A DNA stretch of 64,000 nt, taken from Eledone cirrhosa (taxonomy: Eukaryota). Shown here piece by piece: positions 53,981-64,000 of this stretch. Position 1 is the first letter of the stretch. Every line of letters starts with the position of its first letter. A program made the translations under genes and the position numbers. The notes below the pieces were generated by a model. It ran no database searches and was not told the origin of the DNA. It was given only the letters and a program-made list of their open reading frames with translations. The stretch is from positions 374,852,001-374,916,000 of the forward strand of contig OZ024740.1 of the NCBI GenBank assembly GCA_964016885.1, written 5' to 3'.

Positions 53981-55660
53981 ACAGTTGCATTTATGTTGCT
54001 TTATGTTCATACGAGTTATCACCAAGTCCCAACCAGTGACCTCAAGAGACAACAATGTCCGCCATGTTCAAGAAAGAGCATACATACACACACATGCATC
54101 TTTAGATGTTTACACTTGTGATGTACATATATTGACAGAATCTTCCTTAGTAAATGAGCAGTTCCTATTAGTAATATCTTTTGTGTTTCTTCTATACATG
54201 GGTTTGCTGGGATTTGCGTTAAGTAATCATAAGACGCTTTAGGTATCATTCCAAGAGCGCCTACTATCACTAGTATTCTTTTAGTTCTCAATTTCCAAAT
54301 TATTTCAATTTCTATCTCCGCGTCTTTCTACTTGCTCAATTTTTCAAATTTCTTTATAGATACATTCTAGTCTATTTGAACGGACATATCAATTAGCAGG
54401 CATACCCTCTTTTTAAAGTCCTTCAGTATTATATCAGGTCTATTTGCATCTATTTTTCGGTCAGTTTGGATGCTAATGTTTCACAAGATTGAGATGTGAT
54501 CTTTCTCAAGTACTGGAGGTGGTTGATGCTCCCACCAATTATTTTGATGGCGCAGGTCAAAATGCTTACACATTATACAATGTATGTATTGTGCAGTTCT
54601 GTCATGCCTGTTTAGGTATTCGGTTGGAGCTATAGGACTGCACATAGAAACTATATGATCAATGGTCTTGGGTTGTTTTTTACATACACGGCATAATGGG
54701 CTGCATCCATGTTTTATTATGTTGGCTTGATCATTTTTGTTGGCAGACACAGATCTTGTGCCCGTATAATCAGTCCTTCAGTCTCCGATTTAAGTCCAGA
54801 GGATGCCAACCACTTTGGGTTAAAGTGAACATATTTCTGGTTATTTTCAATACAGAGGCTTTTCTTGCCATTTCTTATCCAGTTTCTGTAGCATTCCTTT
54901 CTTTGTAGTTACTTTTACCTGCTTTGCCTTTTCTGTGTTTTTCATTTCAGCAGTAAATGCAATTTCTGAAACTTGTAGTTCATTACTGTATCTTTGTGCA
55001 TCTTTTGTAATGGAGTATGATCTTTTGATATTTCATGTTTCAAAACGAGTTTGATCATCCAATCATGTGATTCACTTAGATATGTAGATAATCCAATTGT
55101 TGCAGTTTTCAAAGCAACATATAACTGGATTAATCCACGTCCTCCTTCTTTCCTATGGAGAATTATTCTATCTGTATCTGCCTTAAGGTGATGCATTCTG
55201 TGAATGGTTAAGAATTTTCTAATTTGTGTATCGAGCCTACGGATCTCTGTGCTTGACCAGTTGATGACATTGAAACTGTAGGTTACTACTGGTATGGCAC
55301 GCGTGTTTATAGTATCGAGCCTATTCCTTGCATTCAATTGCGTTCTTAAGATTGCACTTACTCTGCGGTAACATTCCTTCCTTACCCTTTCCCTCATTGT
55401 CGAGTGCTTGATTCTGTCTCCTTCACAAACACCTAGATATTTGTAAGTTTCCTCTTGATAAAGTTCTCTTATCACATTCCCCCGCTCAAGATTAATGTCT
55501 GAACTTCTCAGTAGCTTTCCTCTGGTGAACTTATTTGGCGCATTTATCTTCTTCAAACCCCATTTTAATATCATCATTATGATCAGAGTGCATAATAGCC
55601 CTACCAATTGCTCATCATTTTTTTCCAAATAGTTTAAGGTCATCTATGTAGAGCATGTTT
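53981..55660 (-). mobile_element. R4/Dong-clade element, mirror copy
   Basis: Reverse complement of 41128-42805. Confidence 0.88.
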
Positions 55661-55678
55661 ATTATTATTATTATTATT

Positions 55679-58600
55679 GGTCTGTTCGGACCTCTTTTGC
55701 TCGCTCCCAGTAAGTCGCTTTATTTACCTGTTATAATTATTTGTTGCTTAATTGTTCTTGTGTGATGGATATAAGCCCTTGAATTTTGCCCTGTGAAGGG
55801 GAAAGTATAATTTTAAAATAAAAAAAAACAAGGATGTGACACGCCAACCCCCCACCCCACCACCCCACCCAACAATATGCCTGCTATCGTGTGACAACGG
55901 TGTAAATGTTGAGAGGAGGGTTACAAAAATTCATACAACAAACACAAGCAGAAACAACATGAACAAAGACAAAAACACTTAGAACGATTAAAATAATATC
56001 ACACCTACTACAACAATAACACGACAACCAAAATACAGACAATAGAAAAAAATTGACAACAAATGCCACAACGATATTAACACCACTAACAAGAAAATAA
56101 ACAACAACAACACCAACAAGAACAATACAAATTGCACCGAAAAAGACAACAACGGTGGCACCAAAAACACAACCAACTACAACAGTGATAACAGCAACAA
56201 CACCAACAACACCGTTTGTAGCAGTAGCAATAGCAACAGCATCAACAACAAGATCAGTAGCAGTAGTAGCGGCAGAAATAATTGTGCCGCTGAAAAAGGA
56301 GCCACTTCTTTCGCAGGTGCTGCCCGAAATATAGAGACAGCGCTAGTCAGGGTGGAGATGGCAGTCGCAAGAGCCATGGTGTCAAGAAATGACAATAGAG
56401 TTTACCTGAAACCTCCAACCGATTTCTTCAAATACCAGCAGCTGCGCACGGTGACTTACCGCACCATAAGCAAATGTCACATTGGGTGGCGAGAGCCACG
56501 GAGTCTCAAATCCAAAAGATCTTGGGATGCGTCTGGGCGCGAAAAACCCGCATCACCCGAGGCAAAAAGTACGCCACAGTAGAGGTACTTTTCGCCACCC
56601 CCGCAAGAGGCGAAGTCTCACCCTTTGGAAACCCTAAAGAGTGAGGAGATAGTCTTAGGGCCCTCCTACTGCGGGAAAAAAATTGTGAGGGTCAGAGTGA
56701 CCCAGGTCCTGCCAGACGTGCCCAGACCTTGACAGGTGGAATCGAGGAGAAGACCACCATACTGCAAATACAGAGAATGAGAAGAGTGAACTAGTCAAAA
56801 ATAGGCATGCAAATGCTAATACATATAGACCAGGAGTACATCAGGCCATCCTAAATATCATAGACCTCGAGGAAGGAATTCAATTCCCTATAAGCGTGGA
56901 AGGAAGACGCCTAAAGTGCTATCTCTGTGAGCAGAATGGTCACCTCAGGGCCTTCTGCCCGCAGAAGCCAGCCAAGAAGAGGGCCTTCCGATGCCTGGTC
57001 CGCTGCTACCAAGAGCAGGGCAGGGTACAGTGGCAGAATACCCTTCTATGCTGAGTAGGAGGGCAACGTCCGTGGCACCCATACCAAGGCCACGGACAAC
57101 TAAAGTAGCGGCAGCAGTGGCGGTAACACCAACAGTCGCAGTAGCTACACCAGCGGTAAAATCGCCGGAGCAGGCTTCGCTACCACCAGCAACAGCAGTG
57201 GAGCACATACACCTCCCAGACGCCACGGAATTCGACCTGGAGTATGAGGCGGGAGGGAGTGGCAAACGGTATTCCACAAACAAACAAAAAAAAAAAAACC
57301 CTTAGCTTCACCGTCCAAAAGCGAAGACAAATAAAGAGGGGTAAAGCCTGCAAGGGACATGCAGCAACACCACTACCATCATCATCACCACCACAAGCAT
57401 CATCGCCAACAACAACCACACCACCATCAGCATCACCAAAAACACCAAGATCGCAAACACAAGCAAACACACACACCCATCAGCAACAACAAGAAAACAG
57501 CAACAAAATCACTTCTCGCCCGAAAAAGTACATACCCATAAACATGGCAAATAAAGAACTCTTACAACATATAAAGCTGCATACAGATATCACAGAAAAA
57601 AGCTACTACACCCCACAAACACTAAGAACAGTTCCCGAAAATCATAAACATCATTGAAATCAAAATAGAACATTACACATTTTAAAATAAAAATTCCCCA
57701 ACGGAGTTGGAGACTTCAAACTGTCGGTTACCAAGAGGATATACACCGACATCCTCTTGGAAACACCCATGACCAGCCAAAGTGACGGTTCTACTGCCTC
57801 TTCACCACACGATTAAGCTAAGGGATTCTTTTTCACTTACCCCGTATCTCATCCAACATGGCTGTACTTAGAGTAGGCAGTATAAATGTACGTGACCTGG
57901 GGTCCTCTTGGAAGCAGGGTCACCTGCTCAACGACCTCAGGTTAGTAAACATAGATGTGGTGGCCATCAGAGAGACTAGAATATCCGAAGCGCAAGCTTT
58001 CGCACCTACTTCTGCGGCTGCGATGTATACGCTTCTCCAAGCCGTCTAGGATCGCGGGGAGGTGTTGCCGTGCTTTTTAAGAGAGGCTTGTATCTCGCCA
58101 TACGGGCCATGGTGGTGCTGGACGTGAGCGGCAGCGAAGGCAATGCTTTCAGGCTAGTAGCTGTCTACGCCACAGCAGGGGCAAGACAGCCATATGTGTT
58201 AAGACGTGTAGAGACCGTTCTGGGAACGTCCCCCTCTTTAGTGTTAGTGGGCGACTGGAACAGTAGGCAGGTCAGGAGTGTGTAAAAGTCTCAACAACCT
58301 GCTCAGACGTTTTGAACGTCTGACAGGTATACACTGGATTATCTGAATGTGCCACTGTGGAAATGGGTAAATCGCATCGTGTCATCTAGATCGTATTTAG
58401 ATAGGGTATTCTGTAGGGAAACAGATAAGGCTAGTGTAAGTGGTTCACAATTTAAAGTAGTCGACTACACGGACCAAAGATTTGTGATCTGTGAAGTTGT
58501 CTTAGGTAGACACCATAGGCAATGTCCGGGCTATTGGAATCTGAACGCTTCGTTCCAGGCGCGCAAAGCTTACAGCGACCGGATTGGCGAATTAGTTAAG

Positions 58601-60890
58601 CGTGCGTTGACAAGAGGTTATGGTTTACTCTGAAAAGGGCTATTAGTGTAGAATCGATAAAATTTAGCAAAGGAGAAGATATAGAGAAAATTAGAGTAGA
58701 GGGAGAGTTAGTTAGAAAGCTAGAAGAGGCGTTTAGGACAGGCACCTCAACCGATGTGCTTGCGATGAGATTGGCACTCGACCAATTCTTCAACGCAAAG
58801 CATGAAGGCTGCGTTGTCAGAGCTAAGCGCGTGCTCAAAGACACGAGAGGACGAAAGCCGTCCAATGCTGCCTGGCGGTGGAAGCGCGACGTGGCAACAA
58901 GTCCACAATTCGGTCTTTGCCTGATCAAAACGTGCACATGCTGCTCGAACCCGAGCAGATGTGTGCGGCTTTTCAACAGCACTTTGCTCAATTGCTCGGG
59001 AGCGGCAGCGGGCAGGATCGGCGTATGGACTTCGGCGCATACCAGGACGGACTGCCGCGGCTCTCGACGACCGCAGCGCAGAACTGCGAAAAGCCGATAT
59101 CAGCTGATGAAATACGGGAAGCGATGACTAACTGCACGAGTTGTAAATCGCCAGGTTTGGATGTCTGCCCTACGAGCTTTATGCGTATATGCCAGACTTG
59201 TTCGGCGACCTCTTGGCAGATGTCAACTTGTTCGGTGACCTCTTGGCAGTTGTCTACTGCAATTGGCAGCAAAACGGGAGCCTTCCCAATTATGTGAGCC
59301 GGGGAGCGGAGGGGATGGTGAAATAAGAACCGAACGATGGGGACTTTATAGACAACTTCAGGCCCATAACGAGGCTAAACGCAGAGTTTAAGATTTTGGC
59401 CAAGGTGTTAGCAAAGAGATTGGCGCTTGTCGTCGGTGTTCTGGTTGAAGAGGCGCAGGCATGCGCCATTCCGAACAGAACCATCCACGACAACCTCTAT
59501 CTCATGCGATACATCATAGAGATGATGGTTAAGGAACCTGGCACGGGTGGTGCCCTGATCAACTTGGATCGATCTAAAGCATTTGATAGAGTCGACCATC
59601 GGTACCTGGCTGCGGTCTTCGAGGCTGCCGGCTTCGGAGCCGTTTTTAGGGGCTGGATCACTGCGATGCACAGCGACATCTGCTCGATTGTGAAGGTCAA
59701 GGGTCAATGGTCACCTGTCACGGCACCGCTCTCAAGGAATACGAAGCCGTGACAGGAGCAAAGATAAACCAGGAAAAGTCGGTGGGCTTGCAACTCAGCA
59801 CCTGGAGAGGAAAGTCCATGCCGCCCGACAGCGTCGTGTGGCGTTGAAGGGACTGAATGGTTACATTCCTCAGGGTCTGGTTTCCATCTGACCTCCAGAT
59901 GGAGAAAAACTGGAGCCTTCCTCACGTAGAAATGAACCGAGAGGTACATGTCCCTGAAAGGCCTGGCGGAGGTGGGGAATGCGTAAAACGCGTCCGTCAT
60001 CTGCTACCGCCTCACCGTTGACCCTTGCTCCGTCCCAACTCTCACCAAAATGGAGCGCCTCCCCTTCCACTTTATGCGGAAGGGACGTGCTCTGATGGTC
60101 TGACGATCCATCTGCTGTCAACACCCGTTGGGTGGAGGCCTGCGCATGCCATTGCTGATGATGCGCAAACATGCGCTGAGGCTGCGACATCTCCTTGACG
60201 GTGATCAGATGTGGTCGCCGTTCGCCAGGCTTTTTTTTCCACAGCTCGTCTCCTTCACGGAACTGCAGTCCTGGTTCAGGAAAAGACCGAGGGATAGCGC
60301 TTGCAAACTGGAATGTCTCCAGGCGCTCACTGCCCTCTGCCAGCTGGGTACCAGTATCGGTGGAACATCCAGCTCGGTGTTCTATAGAGGACTAGTGGAT
60401 AGCAAGAGCGACGACGTTCTCTGAGAGATCCTGGGCGTCGGAGAAAATCAGCTCTTTGCTCTCTTCCGAAGAAATTTCATCCCAGGCCCTAAGGATAACT
60501 TCCAGAAATCCCTGGCCTGGAAGTGCTACCGGGGAGCTTTGCCTGTTCGAAATAAGCTCTACAGGCACAGAGGTGCAGTCAGCCAAGCCTGTCCGAGAAC
60601 CGTGCAGGGCGACGAAACCGTCGTGCATGCTCTCGTTCAGTGCCCGAGCTTTGCTGTCTTGTTGAGCTATGTAGAACAGTTGCTGTCGCGTGTAGGACCG
60701 ATTCAGTTATCGACTGAGAGCATTGTGCATATGGTTTCGCCATCTTCCTTCGAGGATGAAGGACAGGAGGTTTTCATCTGCCTGGTGGCCATGGCGAAAG
60801 AGATTGTGTAGTGGACAAGGTTGAAAGGGTTAAAGACAGACACTTTGCTCTTCGGCGAATCCCTTGAACAGGAAAATCGGGGTGGAGAGG
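55679..60890 (+). mobile_element. Near full-length decayed Tx1/L1-clade LINE (ORF1 ~56100-57660; APE-RT ORF2 from 57858)
   Basis: APE motifs GSINVRDL..DVVAIRETR, GGVAVLF, LVAVYA, VGDWN, SYLDRVF, PGYWNLNAS; RT motifs KSPGLD, NFRPITRLNAEFKILAKVLAKRL, NLDRSKAFDRVDH; QG/YADD block deleted near 59707; C-terminal CPR..DETVVHALVQC. Confidence 0.9.
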
Positions 60891-60894
60891 CAAG

Positions 60895-63079
60895 TACTTA
60901 TGCCATACTTGTTCGGAGGCCTCTTGGCGGTCGTCTACTGCAACTGGTAACAGAACGAGAAAATCCCCAGCTCAGTTAGCCGAGGAGCGGTGGCGCTGCT
61001 GAAAAAGTCTCCGGAGAAGGGGATAACAGATAATTTACAGCCCATAACTCTGCTAAACACAGATTTCTAGATTTTGGCCAAGGTGCTAGCAATGAGGTTG
61101 GCGCTTGTCGTTTGTGGTCTGGTAGGAGAGGGGCAGACATGTGCCATTCGCGACAGATCCAGCCACGACAACCTCCACCAAGTGCGATACATCGTGGAAC
61201 GGGTAGCGAGGTAACATGGCAGTGTGGGTTTTGATCAATTTAGATCAGTCGAAAGCTTTCGATAGGGTCGACCATCGTTATTTGGCGGCAGTCTTGTGGT
61301 TGGCGACATCTGCTCTCTGGTGAGAGTGAACTGTCACCTTTCGGAACCATTCAATATCATGTGCTCGGTCCGCCAAGGATGTTCCCTCTCGTCCCTCATG
61401 TACGTATTGATTCTCGCGCCATTACTGCATAGACTGTTGACGTTGAGGGGGGTCCCGCGCGAACTAGGATGCGGAAGATCCATGTCAGCATATGCGGACG
61501 ATGTCACCGTAGTGGTGTCGAACGCAAAACATATCTAGGCGATCGGTTCTACACTAAGAGGATACGAAGCGGTGACAAGAGCAATGATCAAACAGGAAAA
61601 GTCGATGGGCCTGCAGCACAGCACCTGGAGAGGCAGTTCCATGCCGTCCAACGGCGTCGTCGGGAGCTCCACGGACGGCTTGGTTCGATCCGGACCTCCA
61701 GACGGACAAAAACTGGGACGAGATGACGAGCAGGGTAGCTTCTCTCACCCAGAAACGGGCGGAGAGTAAGCTATCCCTGAAAGGTCGGGCGGAGGTGGCT
61801 AACGCGTACATCGCGTCCATCATCTACTACCGCCTGACCGTCGTGCCTTGTCCTAAGCCTCGCCTGACTGTGCTGGAGTGTTTGCCCTTTCGCGTTTTGT
61901 GGAAGGGACGCGCTCCGATGGTCAGCGGTCCATCTGCTGTCAACACCTGCTACGTGGAGGTCTGGGTATGCCGTGGCTGATGATGCGCTGATTTCGCGCT
62001 CAGGCTACGACATCTCGACCTCTTCCTCGACGGTGATCAGGTGTGGACGCCGTTTGCTAGTCGCGTCTTGACCCAGCTCATCTCCTTGACGAAGCTGCAG
62101 TCCTGGGTCAAGCGAAGACCGAGAGGGAGCGCTTGGAGACTGGAATGTCATCAGGCGCGCACGGCCCTCGACAAATCGGGCAATGTGATCGGTGGAAACT
62201 CCACCTGGGCGTTCTATAGAGGATTAGTGGAGGTGAAGAGTGACGACGTACTTGGGAAAATCTAGGCGTCGAAGAAAATCAACTAGCCAATTTCTTTGGA
62301 AGAACTTTCGGGCCGGGGCCTATGGACAAATTCCAGAAATTCCTGTCCTGGCAGTGCTAACGAGGAGCTTTGCCAGTTCGGGATAAACTCTACAGGTATG
62401 GAGGTTTTCGTCAGCTGGGCATGTTCGAGATGCGCGCAGGGCGACGAAACCGACCTGCATATACTCGTCCAGTGATCCATCATTGCTGACTTGTGGGTTT
62501 ATATCGAACTCCTGCTGTCGCGTGTAGAACGGATCTGACTATCAGCTGAGTCCATCGTGAGCATTGCACCGCCCTCTTCCTTTAGCCGGGAAGGGCAGGC
62601 AGTTTTTATCTGTCTGGTGGCCATGGCAAAAGAGATAGCATGGTGAACGCGTCTGAAAGGGCTGAAGACGAGCACTTACCTCTTCGGTGATGCCCTGATT
62701 AACTTTTTCAAATTTCATTTGAAAAGGAAAATCAGGGTAGAGAGAGGTGTTCTCTTCCCAGCTTTTTGTTGAAAGATGGGTGAGAGCGGCAAGAATGGCC
62801 CGAGTGAGTGGACCTACTCTGAGTATATTCCTGTAAATTGAAGGTGGAAAACTGGGAGAGGAAAATTGCCCTGGTGGTCAGGGTCACCGTGGCGTTTTTA
62901 ATGGGCTTTCTCCAGGATGGCGCTCGGAAGTCTGCCACCTATTGGGGAATTTTTCATTGTTCTTTTATTACATCCGTTTTGGTTTTTTTTTTACTCGCAG
63001 AAATGCTCATTTCGTCCTGTATTGTCCTGTATTGTCCTTAATGTCTACTTTATGTAAACCCTGGTGGTTAATAAAGAAA

Positions 63080-63117
<38 letters not shown>
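60895..63117 (+). mobile_element. Second, 5'-truncated Tx1-like LINE with (ATT)n tail
   Basis: PITLLNTDF.ILAKVLAMRL, NLDQSKAFDRVDH, SVRQGCSLSSLMYVL, SAYADDVTV, CSRCAQGDET; AATAAA then (att)n at 63081-63117; clearly diverged from the preceding copy. Confidence 0.9.
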
Positions 63118-64000
63118 GAATGCCATGGTTGACGGAGGCTCGGCTCTGTAAGGTATTGTAAATGTTAACCTCTATAACAATTGTAAATTGTTTAAAACTG
63201 TAACCAAATTGTGGACAAAAAAAACCTCCTACTCGTGAGAGGGGTCTTTCTGCACGTTATTTGGCCATTCGGGGTTAAATAACTGCTTATTGGGGTTTCG
63301 TGCCCAATATTTATTTTAAACCAAAAATTACATGGCTACAAAAAATAATTTTCACAAGTCACTCCCACTCATTCCGTCTTCTTCTTCCCCAATCGTCACT
63401 ACACAAGAGAGAAGATTGTCTCTCTCCCACCCTTCTCTTAATGAGTCTCTCTGCCTCCCTTCTCTTTCGCAAGCGACGCCAGAAAAGAAAAATAATTTCC
63501 AAAATCACGTGCACAACGTGGAACATTTCTCCGCGACGACAACGACGAAAAAGGTGTGCGGTAAATACGAAAACCCAGCCGTAATAACAGCGGCAGCAGT
63601 AGCAACAGTGACAAGGAAAACAACAGTAGCAGACGCAACAGATTCAGCAGCAGCATAAACAACAACAGCATTAGCAGCACCAGCAGCAGCAGCAGCAACA
63701 ACAACAACAACCACAGCAACAGCGGCGGCGGCAGTTGTAGTACCTGCAGCAACAACAAAAGTAACAGCAGCTCTGACGACGACGACAACAACAACAAAAA
63801 AGTAAAACCAATCTCATTTGCAGGTATCGCAAAGAACCTGGAAACCATCCTTATAACAAATGAGGAATTACAGGAAGCAAAGAAGATGGTGACGAAAACC
63901 GGACAGCGAGCAATCTGCAAGGCAGCCGAAACATTTTTCGAAACCCAACAGCACTGTACGGTCACGTACCGTACAGTAAGCGCAAAATCCCGTTGGGTTG
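63118..64000 (+). mobile_element. 5' end (UTR and ORF1 start) of a third Tx1-like LINE, running off the window
   Basis: (aca/gca)n-rich leader then KPISFAGIAKNLETILI..AETFFETQQHCTVTYRTVS, homologous to ATSFAGAARNIETALV..PTDFFKYQQLRTVTYRTIS at 56300-56470. Confidence 0.75.

Larger units (their letters stand above)
37312..59434. repeat. ~22 kb palindrome (arms 37312-48387 and 48434-59434)
   Basis: Mirror ORF pairs with near-constant coordinate sums (43657+53135 and 45311+51481 both 96792; 41844+54942=96786); outer ends gacgacaagcgccaatc / gattggcgcttgtcgtc. Confidence 0.97.

Noticed and set aside
37312-59434. Palindrome as a pure sequencing or assembly artefact, or as terminal inverted repeats of one giant transposon or virus
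   Set aside because: The arms differ by many substitutions and indels, contain only assorted decayed TEs and end mid-Tx1 with no transposase, polymerase or capsid gene; an artefact is unlikely but needs read-level exclusion

Overview
AT-rich, microsatellite-dense metazoan genomic DNA. The SINE content suggests a cephalopod/octopod, but that is inference. It is not prokaryotic, and most of the ORF track is spurious (translated TA/CA/TG repeats). The window is mostly decayed mobile DNA: Helitrons, tRNA-derived SINEs, CR1-like, CRE-like, R4/Dong-like and Tx1/L1-like non-LTR retrotransposons, and at least two Penelope-like element (PLE) families. The main structure is a ~22 kb palindrome (37312-59434, ~11 kb arms, 46-nt spacer) centred on the fold-back junction of a 5'-truncated GIY-YIG PLE. 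A second copy of that PLE hairpin sits just upstream (33981-35872) with the spacer flipped, giving a triplication/inverted-duplication geometry. About nine type-I hammerhead-ribozyme motifs from four sequence families are visible. One has a compensatory U3-A8 core and lies in a ~300-bp inverted-repeat-bounded unit. Two candidate minus-strand exons of an unidentified host gene are also seen. All calls are by eye; no alignments, folding or database searches were run.
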